A stretch of DNA of 64,000 nt from a virus. The DNA lies in the IMG/VR virus record IMGVR_UViG_3300014502_000006, positions 1-64,000 of that record. One strand, written 5' to 3'. This document shows positions 22,011 to 31,731 of the stretch, one piece after another. Position numbers and translations under genes: made by a program. The stretch's first letter is position 1; each line of letters opens with the position of its first letter. Below the pieces are notes generated by a model. The model was not told the origin of the DNA. It did not search any database and saw only the letters and a program-made list of their open reading frames with translations.

Positions 22011-23327
22011 CTATCCGGCATTGTCGTTCAGCCATGCACCGCGCAAATAAACATCAAATGCTCTGATGCTCGAACCGCCATCGCAGCTTACCGTTAGCTT
22101 ATCTGTAACACATCTTTTTTTGTTCCAGATGTGAAAATGATTATCGTCAACCTGTACAAAACCGTAACATTCAATAGGAACAGTATGAACATCACACGTG
22201 ATAAGGAATGAGTCTGGTTGCTGAACATCATTCTCATACAAATATACGCTGTATATCTGGTCTTCCTTTTCAAGAATATAGTTTCTATCAGGACTAATTA
22301 TTATGCCAGTATTTGTTGCAGGAGAAGCAGTAACTGTTATAGTACAAGCAGCATGTACTGGATTTCCTTCAATGGTGGCTGTTATTGTGCAAGTCCCATT
22401 TCTTACAAGGGTAACAAGACCGGTATCATTAACCGTAGCAACACCAAAACTAGAAGTTTCCCATAGCACTTTTCTCATAGTGGTGTCTCCATTATAGGTG
22501 ATACTTGGGATTAACTGTATAGTATCTCCAACCTTTCCCTCAGCGGTTGCCCTGTTCAAAGTAAGTGTATAAACATTTGTATTAACACTAGCAATTCCGT
22601 TTACAATATCGTCTAATTCCTCATTGACAAAATCAGCCGTTAGGTCAATCACCAATAATTTAGAACTTTCATTATCATCTGTGATATTGTTTCTAAAATC
22701 GTTCAAACCGCTACCGACCACTTTATAGCAAGTCCAGTGTTCAGGATTACCAAACAAAAATCTTTGGTTTTGCCTTATCTTATTGGTGTTCTCGTTAAAC
22801 TGCGTCCACATATGCATGAAACCACCCGGTGTTTCAAATGGAGAACCGCCTGTAGAATAATCTCTAGGCTCTTTTAACTCATATTTAATAGTGCAAGGTT
22901 CTTCATAATATACACCCGTAGGTTCATCAATCCATCTTAACATGTTATTGCATCTACGAATGGTGCAAGTGCCGGTAAGGTTCTTATAGAATTCGGTATT
23001 TACGGTAATCCACGTATTATTATCAAAAAGATAATGCTTACCCAAATCTATCGGGTGGTTAACGTCTTTAAATAGCAAACCCTTCCAGTCATCGCCCAAA
23101 TCCAAACCTGTCTCTGTATTAATAACATGGTTGATGCGTACATCAAGGTCTACATATTCCTTTGAACCAACATATGTTTCTTCCTGTATAGTCCACCAAT
23201 CGGAAGAATTATAGAACTGATTGTTTAGGGTTTGCTGAAATAGTTCAATGTAATCGTCTTTTGGAGTTTTACCTCTTTTGCCCGTTATGAGCAACCCCGC
23301 GGGAACATATTTATATGTGTATGGCAT
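22011..23327 (-). CDS. Putative head-closure protein with Ig-like (Big_2) domain
   Basis: CTIRRCNNMLRW; VGDTIQL..VLWETSSFGVATVNDTGLVT..GTCTITAT Ig motif. Confidence 0.6.
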   Translation of the reverse strand: MPYTYKYVPAGLLITGKRGKTPKDDYIELFQQTLNNQFYNSSDWWTIQEETYVGSKEYVDLDVRINHVINTETGLDLGDDWKGLLFKDVNHPIDLGKHYLFDNNTWITVNTEFYKNLTGTCTIRRCNNMLRWIDEPTGVYYEEPCTIKYELKEPRDYSTGGSPFETPGGFMHMWTQFNENTNKIRQNQRFLFGNPEHWTCYKVVGSGLNDFRNNITDDNESSKLLVIDLTADFVNEELDDIVNGIASVNTNVYTLTLNRATAEGKVGDTIQLIPSITYNGDTTMRKVLWETSSFGVATVNDTGLVTLVRNGTCTITATIEGNPVHAACTITVTASPATNTGIIISPDRNYILEKEDQIYSVYLYENDVQQPDSFLITCDVHTVPIECYGFVQVDDNHFHIWNKKRCVTDKLTVSCDGGSSIRAFDVYLRGAWLNDNAG

Positions 23328-23329
23328 AG

Positions 23330-23785
23330 TTAACCCCTAAAATCTTGATTGAACCATCTCGCCCAATCAACTCTTCTATAGCTGTAATCCTGTAATAGTT
23401 GTGAACATTGCTCCTTTACGACATTCAACTGTGCGACCTTTTCCCTTATGTTTTGTGCCTCGGAAGCGGTCTTAAAATCTTTGTCGGTGATGTGCAAGTT
23501 CATTTGAGTTATATCGTTCACATTTTTTTGCATCCAGAATTTCATCATTAAGGTTGCAAGGATGACTTTGTTATCCCTGCTTAGCGTTTCAGGAAATTCT
23601 TGTGTATACTCATCATAGTTCAAATTTTGGTCGCATACATAGAAATCCGTGATTGCAAATTGCAACCATGCGCTTACAAAGTTTTCAAAGTCATCCTGCG
23701 ATAGTTCGAATAGCTCGTTCAACCTATAATCGGTGACAGTCTGCATAAAGAGGTCGTAAATCTCACTTAGAGTAGTATTTGCCAT
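23330..23785 (-). CDS. Putative head-tail adaptor
   Basis: TTLSEIYDLF...ILATLMMKFW...DFKTASEA; second gene downstream of MCP. Confidence 0.6.
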   Translation of the reverse strand: MANTTLSEIYDLFMQTVTDYRLNELFELSQDDFENFVSAWLQFAITDFYVCDQNLNYDEYTQEFPETLSRDNKVILATLMMKFWMQKNVNDITQMNLHITDKDFKTASEAQNIREKVAQLNVVKEQCSQLLQDYSYRRVDWARWFNQDFRG

Positions 23786-23829
23786 AGACCTCCTTTTTGG
23801 CAGTTTAGTCCTGCCTATTTTCGTTTTAT

Positions 23830-24456
23830 TTATGCTCTTGGTTCAGCAGGTTTCATCAATTCTCTCATATCATCTGCCTTTTCAATAAACTTTATATTAG
23901 AAAGGCGAGATATTTTATCGACCAGATTAAGGTCAATACCCTTCGGGTCTTCTACCAATCTCTGTAAAATCATATCAGAGATAACCTGTTGCTGACCTTT
24001 ACTTGCGGCAGCAAAAAGTGCAACTCCTTCGTCTGTGTTAGAAAAGATATTCTCGATTTTTTCTTTGGTGAGAATTTTTTCATAAGCCTCATCGAGACCG
24101 TGCGCACGAACGACCCTTGGATTTAAAATAATGAAATAACCCTGCTCCAAAAACTCGTGGGCTACTTCCAAAATATCTACCAAATCGCTGTAGATTATTT
24201 TTTTAATCTGATAGAGCGTATCAAATCGATAGACCTTACCCTGTCCTTTTTCCTTGGTGCAGAGGTTCAGTCTATAGGGAAGTAAAGACATGACCTTAAT
24301 ATATTCACTTTGGTTAATAACGATTTCTTCTCCGCTATTTTCGTCAAGTTCTTTAGATTCATATCTTGCCACTTTGTCTTCCAATTCCTTTACGTAGGCG
24401 TTGTAGCCATCACTTGTGCCAGCCACCTTATTTTTAGAACCTTTAGTTCTAGCCAT
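23830..24456 (-). CDS. Conserved hypothetical protein downstream of MCP
   Basis: 208 aa; AAGGAG RBS. Confidence 0.6.
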   Translation of the reverse strand: MARTKGSKNKVAGTSDGYNAYVKELEDKVARYESKELDENSGEEIVINQSEYIKVMSLLPYRLNLCTKEKGQGKVYRFDTLYQIKKIIYSDLVDILEVAHEFLEQGYFIILNPRVVRAHGLDEAYEKILTKEKIENIFSNTDEGVALFAAASKGQQQVISDMILQRLVEDPKGIDLNLVDKISRLSNIKFIEKADDMRELMKPAEPRA

Positions 24457-24527
24457 TTCAATTTCTCCTTGTTTTTATATAGTGGGAGGGGTTACCCCCT
24501 CCCTTTAAATTTTTAATTATGCCGTAA

Positions 24528-25664
24528 TTATACGGTCATAACTGCACCAACTGCGTTAGTAGCAACACCAACACCCCAAGACTTAATCATAGTGCTAGTC
24601 TGAGTCAAATTGGCATTTGCATAAACGTCAGTTGTATAGGCAAGAGTATTGCCTTCCAAAACAACCTTTATCAACTTCTGAGCGGTAGGACTTACGAACC
24701 ACAGATAGTTGTTGGAGATTGCTGTAGTGAAAGGTGTGCTCCAATCAGCAATCTGTGGGATGATAACAATATCAGTGCCCATGAAGTTGCGGATGTAGCC
24801 CAATTTCACATAGTCACTCTCGATGTCGTAACGATAGTTAGCATCGGCAGGGAAAATGTTTGCAAGAGCAAGCTGAGTGCCAAGAACAACGGGCTTAATA
24901 CCACCGTTCCATGCGGTAACTTTCTGTGCAAGCGTTACGAAATCGGTTTGAGTATAACCAACAACCTTCAAACCATTAGCACCAGTTGAAAGACCAGCCA
25001 TAGCGGGTACAAAAGCGTTGTAAACATCGATGGTAAGCTGAGTCTCGAAAGAGCGAGCTACCTTGGCTACGAAGTCAGCAAGGGATTCCTTGCCAGCAAG
25101 TACGCGGTAAAGAGAAACACCAACGGTCAATTCGCGCTGCTCAGGGTTGATAACAACCTGTCCTCTGAACTGCTTGTGAACTTCACTGGTTCTCTTAGCA
25201 CGACCATTCTTAGAAACCACGAACAAATCACGTGGCTCGATATCGAAAGCAGCAGAATCGCCCCAACCAATCGTGCGAACATCGGAGTAAAGACCGATGC
25301 TGTCGATGATGGTCTCAGGGAGAATCATATCAACCATTGCAGAAACAACGGCAAAGGTTGCCCAACGAAGGGTAGGATGTGTAGCCCAAGTTTCCAGAGG
25401 GAACGCATCGAAGTTTGCAACACCAGCAACACGCATAATCTCTTTCTTAAGAGCAGCGTTCATTGCGGCTTCTTTCTCATCGTAAGAGATGGATACAACC
25501 TCACCATCTTTATTAACGGTGGTTGTAGAGAATTCGAGACCCTCTACGCCGGTGCGAGAACGATACTGATTCCAGTAATCGTGAAACATCTTGTAGACAG
25601 CCATGTTGTTCTCACCTGCGAACATAACAACCTGTGCAGGAATTTTTGTAGATGAAATAGTCAT
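24528..25664 (-). CDS. Major capsid protein (HK97-fold, inferred)
   Basis: 378 aa after protease and decoration genes; GAGGA RBS; followed by a GC hairpin at 24484-24503. Confidence 0.8.
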   Translation of the reverse strand: MTISSTKIPAQVVMFAGENNMAVYKMFHDYWNQYRSRTGVEGLEFSTTTVNKDGEVVSISYDEKEAAMNAALKKEIMRVAGVANFDAFPLETWATHPTLRWATFAVVSAMVDMILPETIIDSIGLYSDVRTIGWGDSAAFDIEPRDLFVVSKNGRAKRTSEVHKQFRGQVVINPEQRELTVGVSLYRVLAGKESLADFVAKVARSFETQLTIDVYNAFVPAMAGLSTGANGLKVVGYTQTDFVTLAQKVTAWNGGIKPVVLGTQLALANIFPADANYRYDIESDYVKLGYIRNFMGTDIVIIPQIADWSTPFTTAISNNYLWFVSPTAQKLIKVVLEGNTLAYTTDVYANANLTQTSTMIKSWGVGVATNAVGAVMTV

Positions 25665-25694
25665 TTTTTCCTCCTATAAATATGATAGTTCAGA

Positions 25695-26231
25695 TTAGCT
25701 CTGAACAAGAACTTCCATTAGATAAGCGGTAACACGTCCAGTATCCCCAAATCCGCCCGTTCCGATACTGATGTACTGAGTAGCAATATACTTCAAGCTT
25801 AGAGCACCGGCTGTCTGAGTAGCACCCCAAACAAGCTGTACCTGAGAATCGGTAGCGTTAGCAAAAGTGTTCACGCCTTTTACACCGGTAAAGCAATCCT
25901 CATCCAGCAGAATCAAATCATAAGGCTGAGGCAGGAACGCACTAAAAACACGCCCTATCCCAACGTTAAAATTACGAACATCAGGGTCTAACCCACGATA
26001 GTTACCACTCCAAACCAGTTCGGGGTCATATACCATCCAGCATTTACTGAGAGAAGCGGTAGCAGGAACTGTAGCAGTCCATACTTCTGCCTCACCCTGT
26101 GTAGTGGACTTTGCTAATAGATTCACTAAACCGCCGTTTTCCAAAATATTTGTTGCGCAAATACCGGGGCGATTCCATGCGTCTACATTGGTCGCTGCAA
26201 TAGCAGTCGGAATCATAACACCATAAGACAT
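25695..26231 (-). CDS. Capsid decoration/cement protein, paralog 2
   Basis: Between scaffold and MCP; paralog of 26252..26791. Confidence 0.6.
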   Translation of the reverse strand: MSYGVMIPTAIAATNVDAWNRPGICATNILENGGLVNLLAKSTTQGEAEVWTATVPATASLSKCWMVYDPELVWSGNYRGLDPDVRNFNVGIGRVFSAFLPQPYDLILLDEDCFTGVKGVNTFANATDSQVQLVWGATQTAGALSLKYIATQYISIGTGGFGDTGRVTAYLMEVLVQS

Positions 26232-26251
26232 TTTATTTTCCTCCTATAAGA

Positions 26252-26791
26252 TTAAGCGCTAACAACTTCAAATTGATAAGCGGTTATGCGCTGAGTATCC
26301 ATCGCACCAGTAGCAAGACTGATGTATGTTAAAGCAATATATTTTGCACAAAATACAGTCAGGTCAACAGCATGAACCCATTCGGGTTGCACACCAGAAC
26401 CGTTGGTTGCCTTGATGAATAAATCAGCAGGGCCTGTACCAGTGGCAAGACCATCTTCGGTAATTACAAAAAGGTCGCCAACTTGTGGCTTGAAGGCACT
26501 GAACACTCTTGTTGCCTTAGTGTAATAGTTACGAACATCAGGGTCTAACCCACGATAGTTACCACTCCAGACAAGTTCGGGTTCATAAGCCATCCAAAGA
26601 CCAGAAAGACCAACACCGGCAGATGGTGCAACGGCAGTCCATACTTCTGACTCTCCGCTGGCAACACCATAGGTGGTCAGTTTAAGAAGATTACCGTTAT
26701 CAACATCTGAAGCGCACACGCAAGGGCGGTTGTAGCTATCGATGTTAGTAGCAGCAATTGCACTAGGAATTAATATAGAATGAGTAGTCAT
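26252..26791 (-). CDS. Capsid decoration/cement protein, paralog 1
   Basis: Shares IAATN.D..NRP and PELVWSGNYRGLDPDVRN with its neighbour. Confidence 0.6.
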   Translation of the reverse strand: MTTHSILIPSAIAATNIDSYNRPCVCASDVDNGNLLKLTTYGVASGESEVWTAVAPSAGVGLSGLWMAYEPELVWSGNYRGLDPDVRNYYTKATRVFSAFKPQVGDLFVITEDGLATGTGPADLFIKATNGSGVQPEWVHAVDLTVFCAKYIALTYISLATGAMDTQRITAYQFEVVSA

Positions 26792-26806
26792 TGTTTATTC
26801 TCCTAG

Positions 26807-29230
26807 TTATTTTGTGCCAGCCCAAACATCGCTGTTTGGTTTAAGTTTTCCGGTAGCCCAAGGATTGCCGAGTTTCTTTGGTTCATCCTTGCCGGTTTCT
26901 CTCATAGCAAAATCAAATGACTTTGCCTTTACATACTGCTTCCACTGTTCGAGGTCAGCATATGCAAATTCGTCAGCCTTTGCAGCCATTTCTTTCTTGG
27001 CTTCATCAGGAAGTACAACTTTTGCAGCCATTTCGTTCAAGGTTTTCTCAACTTCGAATTCCTTCTTCTCGGCTTCGACTGCGGCTTTGAACTTCTTGAG
27101 TTCCTCGTTCTCAGCCATCATGACCTTATCTTCCTCTTCCTTTTTGGCTAGTTTTGCTGCCATATCGCACATCTTGGAATACATGGCGTGCACAATAATT
27201 CCGGGTTCATAAGTTTCGCCCTTTTTTATTTTGGCGCATTCCTCTTTTGCCATTTTGAACATGTTGCCATCTTGACCGTCTTGACCGTCTTCGCCATCCT
27301 CGCCAACGATAATGACGGTGGTATCAAACATTTGGCTCATCTTGTCCCAATCAAAGTGCTTAGGAAACTCAAATTTCTTGTTTTCCTTGTCCACTTCCTG
27401 CTCCTTTTTCTCTTCTGCGCGAGTTTCTTTCTCCTCTTCCGCAGGAGAGCCTTCGGCGGGTTTTGCAGCCATTTCCTCTTCTTTCTTTTCTACTTCATCT
27501 GCCATTTTTTCTTCCTCCTTTTGGGGTTCAAGCCCTAATTTTTTTTGTATATTTGCTGCTTTACCCGCAGCGACAGATTGGTTTTGCCCCTTGGCTCTGC
27601 CAATTGCTGACGATAAAGCGCCAGAGTTATATACAAATTTCCCGCCTACTTCTTGCATTACGGGATATTTCAACGACTGTGAGGGATGGTCTTCCCATCC
27701 GTTTTCTACGATGAGATAAACATCATCGACCAAAGACTTATAATTACTTGCACCCAATACTTTATGCATGAGTGCTGTCTTATCAACATCACCCCAAGCC
27801 GTATTGGACACAGCCTCTTTGGATTTGTCTGTTTCAATTGCTTCGCCTTTTCCCAAGTCTTCTTTTGCAAACTCTTTTTCTTCCTCTGTGGCATTTTCCA
27901 CAATCTTTTCCGTTGCATTTTCTACAAGGTTTTCAGTTGCATTTTCTACAACTGCATTTTCTACAACTGCATTTTCTACAACTTTTTCAGGCTCAGCGTT
28001 TTCTACAATTTTTTCTTCTTCTGCCATACTTGCTGCATCCTTTTCTACCCAATGTCCGTCCTCGACTTTATGGGTCTTTTTGAAAGAACTAATGGCAATA
28101 GCCCACCCGTTCTTTTTTTCGTCAGAACCAATTGCATCAGCCTGTTTTGCTATTGCGTTGGCTTGTGCAACACTAATAGGAGGTTCTATTCCTTTTAACG
28201 CAGGATTCGCATCTTTCATGGATTTATAAGGAAACGTTACAATCAGTTCTTTCATCCTATCGTTTTCCTTTTCGTTCAATTCATCTCCAATTGTTTCATC
28301 GGTGACTGACTCGGTAGGAAGCGTAGAAACCAATTTCTTCATTTTCTCGTCTTCTTTTTTACCCAACTCGTCTGCGATTGACTGCGCCCACACCATACCA
28401 GCAGTACCACCCCACAGCAACCAGTCAATATGCTCTGGAGAACTGCTCTCGGCTAAACCAGCGCTTTTATGCTCTGAAAAATATGCCGCCATCTGCTTTA
28501 TCTTTTCTGGTTTTGCTTTGTTCTCGGTAGCTAGATATTTTGCAGTGGCTATACTAGCTGCCCTCCAGCGTCCGGTCATGCCGGGTTGCACTCTGAGCAT
28601 CAAACCATTCTTTGCATTATCTTTTACATCAGCGGGTATAATCAAAGCAACATCAGGAAATTCTTCCTCTAGTGCTTTATTATATTCCTTTTTCACATCT
28701 GCAAAAGATAGAACGTTTGCAACTGCTCCCGGTATGGCAGGTGTTACGAAAGTACCTAAAACGGTTATGGCATCATATTTAAAATTAATAAGTTCTGTCA
28801 AACCGTTTCCCATAGGCTTTGCATCAAAAACTTCTATTTCCACACTAACGGGTTTTATACCCCCATCGCGTTTAAAGAAATTGAGCAACTCTCCGGTGTA
28901 TTTCTTCCACACATAGGCAATAACGGACAGCATTGTTCTGCCATCCTCCATTTTTTTGCTTTTTATTTCAGAACTTTCTGGCACAAACCCGCATGGAACT
29001 TCCTGAATATCGTGCGTACCAATATCGTCCAGTTCAGGGTCATATTCCCATACGATAGGGCAGTTCTTGATTGTACCTGCGGTCTTTGCCAACGTATCTT
29101 CTGAAACATACATTTCGTGAAGATTCTTTCCAGAAGCAAAAAAGTCTAAATCCAAGATGGCAAAATTAGAATTGGGATTCTCGTCTATCATCTTGGCATC
29201 TTCAATTGTAAAACTTAGTTTTTTTGTCAA
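26807..29230 (-). CDS. Prohead protease/scaffold fusion with inserted domains
   Basis: N-terminal protease-like region (GKNLH, GTHD, PCGFVPES, VSVEI, ITVLG..PAIPGA); acidic coiled-coil C-terminus; between portal and MCP. Confidence 0.75.
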   Translation of the reverse strand: MTKKLSFTIEDAKMIDENPNSNFAILDLDFFASGKNLHEMYVSEDTLAKTAGTIKNCPIVWEYDPELDDIGTHDIQEVPCGFVPESSEIKSKKMEDGRTMLSVIAYVWKKYTGELLNFFKRDGGIKPVSVEIEVFDAKPMGNGLTELINFKYDAITVLGTFVTPAIPGAVANVLSFADVKKEYNKALEEEFPDVALIIPADVKDNAKNGLMLRVQPGMTGRWRAASIATAKYLATENKAKPEKIKQMAAYFSEHKSAGLAESSSPEHIDWLLWGGTAGMVWAQSIADELGKKEDEKMKKLVSTLPTESVTDETIGDELNEKENDRMKELIVTFPYKSMKDANPALKGIEPPISVAQANAIAKQADAIGSDEKKNGWAIAISSFKKTHKVEDGHWVEKDAASMAEEEKIVENAEPEKVVENAVVENAVVENATENLVENATEKIVENATEEEKEFAKEDLGKGEAIETDKSKEAVSNTAWGDVDKTALMHKVLGASNYKSLVDDVYLIVENGWEDHPSQSLKYPVMQEVGGKFVYNSGALSSAIGRAKGQNQSVAAGKAANIQKKLGLEPQKEEEKMADEVEKKEEEMAAKPAEGSPAEEEKETRAEEKKEQEVDKENKKFEFPKHFDWDKMSQMFDTTVIIVGEDGEDGQDGQDGNMFKMAKEECAKIKKGETYEPGIIVHAMYSKMCDMAAKLAKKEEEDKVMMAENEELKKFKAAVEAEKKEFEVEKTLNEMAAKVVLPDEAKKEMAAKADEFAYADLEQWKQYVKAKSFDFAMRETGKDEPKKLGNPWATGKLKPNSDVWAGTK
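27888..28010 (-). repeat. Six [IVL]VENA peptide repeats in scaffold, including a 15-bp tandem x3
   Basis: tgcattttctacaac x3 at about 27938-27982. Confidence 0.85.
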
Positions 29231-29271
29231 TTTTTACCTCCTTCCTGTGGGACTTGTATCTCACTAGGATG

Positions 29272-29475
29272 TTATTTTGCCAAACCAGCCAATATTTTTA
29301 AGCGCAAAGGCATTTTCTTTAAAGCTGCGTTTAGCCTTTCGGTTTTGGCGAAATAATAGGAATCTCCGTCAAGACCAAGTACAGGCAAAGAACATTTATA
29401 TACAAGATACCTCATAACAGGTTTTTTGCATTTATACTTGTTTTCAATGACTGAGCTATTAACTATCATAATCAC
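29272..29475 (-). CDS. Small basic hypothetical protein
   Basis: 67 aa; GAGGTG RBS. Confidence 0.55.
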   Translation of the reverse strand: MIMIVNSSVIENKYKCKKPVMRYLVYKCSLPVLGLDGDSYYFAKTERLNAALKKMPLRLKILAGLAK

Positions 29476-29477
29476 CT

Positions 29478-29975
29478 CTAATCGACTTCTGTAGAATCAT
29501 TCCATACTTTGACCCTATACCAGTCACTACCGCAAAGTTCTGCGTTATCGAAAAACGTTGTTGCTTCCTCATACTCGTTTTGCTGCTTTGTAATCATTTC
29601 ACGCATTTTTTCCTCAACCACCGGGTTATTTTCTGAAATCGCCATCTTTTTAATTTCATCGATACTGGTTGTAGTAAGAATTTCGCGGTCTACATAAGCT
29701 TGCGCAATATCAACAACAGAATTAAACTTAATGTCTATTGCGTCAATTTCTGGAATGATTATGTCTGCGTTAATATCGGTAAGCAAGTTGAAGAATTCTA
29801 GCGAATGTCCTGTTTCCTCTTCGTGCTGTTGTTCAAAATGTTTGGAGAGATTGTCAAAACCCTTGTTTCTCAAAAATCCACATATGAACAGGTAGAGATT
29901 CGCATTGTATTTTTCATGCCCTATTTGTTCACAAATAGCACTACGCAACGCTTCACTTATTAGTGAATATCCCAT
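29478..29975 (-). CDS. Ferritin (non-heme, Ftn-like)
   Basis: EQIGHE..NANLYL, F..Q.EEETGH, EILTT.SI, Q..EYEE ferroxidase pattern; 165 aa. Confidence 0.85.
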   Translation of the reverse strand: MGYSLISEALRSAICEQIGHEKYNANLYLFICGFLRNKGFDNLSKHFEQQHEEETGHSLEFFNLLTDINADIIIPEIDAIDIKFNSVVDIAQAYVDREILTTTSIDEIKKMAISENNPVVEEKMREMITKQQNEYEEATTFFDNAELCGSDWYRVKVWNDSTEVD

Positions 29976-29977
29976 TT

Positions 29978-31720
29978 TTACCTTGCCTTTCCGCCACGTC
30001 CAATATTAGTTCCCTGAGCACGGGTTTGTTCACCTTCATCAGATATTTTCGAATCGCTCTTTGTTGGTCTACCTCTTTGGGCTGGCATTCCTGTATCCGG
30101 TTTCCCGGTTGTTGGTGCTGTTGGTACTTTCGGCACTGGTGGTGCTTTTGCTGTACTCGGTGCTGGCTTTGGATTTAACTTTGCTGTTGTTTTAACAAGG
30201 TCTTGTTGGTCTTTAGCCGTTTCTCCAAGAATCGCTTCTTGGTTCAGAACAGATGGAACGGTAAGCATACTCATAAAGTCCATTGATTTTGCTTCCGCCA
30301 TGTGCTTAATAAGGTCTGCTGGTTTCATGCCCATTGCAGCCGCAATCTTCTGCGGCAGGACAATACCCTGCGAGAATAAAGTCATTGCGTTCTCAAGTCT
30401 TGCAGCCCTGTTCAGATAGAAATCAGTGCCCTCAAAGACAAATCTAAAATGGTATGTCTTTGTAAACTTATTCACCCAATAATTCATGAAGTCATTAAAC
30501 TGGTCATAAAGTATTGTCATCATCTGCTCATCAACATTCAAACTTAGTTGAGTTTCAATAGCATTTGGTTTAATATTGCTGGTGAATATAAGATTGGTAT
30601 TAATACCACTCATCCCCAAGGTAGTTCTTACATAGCTGTCATACATACTATTGTCCGCATCAAAACTAATAGCCTTTATGTTCTGTAGTGGCGCGGATGC
30701 TACCCGGATAGAATCTGAAATAGCACTTCTTACCAAAGCCATGAACTTGCCAAGTAAATCAGGACTAATCCCAATCGTATCTTTTACCGTAGATTTTGCG
30801 TCTTTATTGAGCATGGGAACTTCGCCCATAATTAACCTGCTTGCAGCAGCCATGTTGCTATTTTTTTGGAGATTACGCATCAATCCTTGTAAAATTAAAT
30901 CGCTGAACAGAGGGGTAAAGTAAGGCAATCTGGTTGCCAATTCAGGTGTGAATTTAAAACAAACCCCAATGGTTGTAGGTACATCCACCCAATAAATCCA
31001 AGAACTTTTATCCCTTTTTTCGGGAGGCAAAGCGGGGTCATAACTTCGTGTAATATTTGCATTTTTCCATATTTCATTGAATTTCTTTTTAAAGAAATCT
31101 GGATACATATCAATATCGACACCGGGCTGAATGAACCAATACATGTTGAAACTGAATAAGAAACCACCGTCCCATCTGCCTGTTATTTTGCAATACTCAG
31201 AAGGTAATTCCTGTAAAACAAATTTATCACCTGTATCGACAAAACAGGCAAAGAAGGCATCGTTTCTCAACATCTCTTTTACAGCGCTTCGAAATTCTTT
31301 TCTATATTCGAAACGGTTCAGGAATTTTTCTACAGCGGCAAGGTCTTTCTTGTATTTCGGTGCATCATAATCATCCGCTTCTGCGGTTGATGTATAGGTT
31401 ATATCAAAAGAAAGCATATCCCCTAAATAAGAAAGCAAGCGCTTATAAACCATGCTTGTCAGTTCGAAAGACTGTGAGAATTCCTGTATTTGCCTTTCAC
31501 TTTCCTTGGGGTTTCTCATTGCCGCATCGAGCATATCCTGTGTGGCTTGCATCGGGTTGAGAGTAACATCTCTCATTCTGCCGCTTACCAAATCAGGATT
31601 TAGGTATACATTACCATACATCCCGCTCATAGACCGTGCAAATTCTATAACTGACCAAGTTTCTTTCTCAGTTAGCAAGGGTTCTTCTGAGTTGTTTTTT
31701 ATTTCATCATTTTCTGCCAT
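29978..31720 (-). CDS. Portal protein
   Basis: Directly after TerL; LQELPSEYCKI..FNM.WF; 580 aa. Confidence 0.75.
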   Translation of the reverse strand: MAENDEIKNNSEEPLLTEKETWSVIEFARSMSGMYGNVYLNPDLVSGRMRDVTLNPMQATQDMLDAAMRNPKESERQIQEFSQSFELTSMVYKRLLSYLGDMLSFDITYTSTAEADDYDAPKYKKDLAAVEKFLNRFEYRKEFRSAVKEMLRNDAFFACFVDTGDKFVLQELPSEYCKITGRWDGGFLFSFNMYWFIQPGVDIDMYPDFFKKKFNEIWKNANITRSYDPALPPEKRDKSSWIYWVDVPTTIGVCFKFTPELATRLPYFTPLFSDLILQGLMRNLQKNSNMAAASRLIMGEVPMLNKDAKSTVKDTIGISPDLLGKFMALVRSAISDSIRVASAPLQNIKAISFDADNSMYDSYVRTTLGMSGINTNLIFTSNIKPNAIETQLSLNVDEQMMTILYDQFNDFMNYWVNKFTKTYHFRFVFEGTDFYLNRAARLENAMTLFSQGIVLPQKIAAAMGMKPADLIKHMAEAKSMDFMSMLTVPSVLNQEAILGETAKDQQDLVKTTAKLNPKPAPSTAKAPPVPKVPTAPTTGKPDTGMPAQRGRPTKSDSKISDEGEQTRAQGTNIGRGGKAR

Positions 31721-31731
31721 TATGCTCCTTT

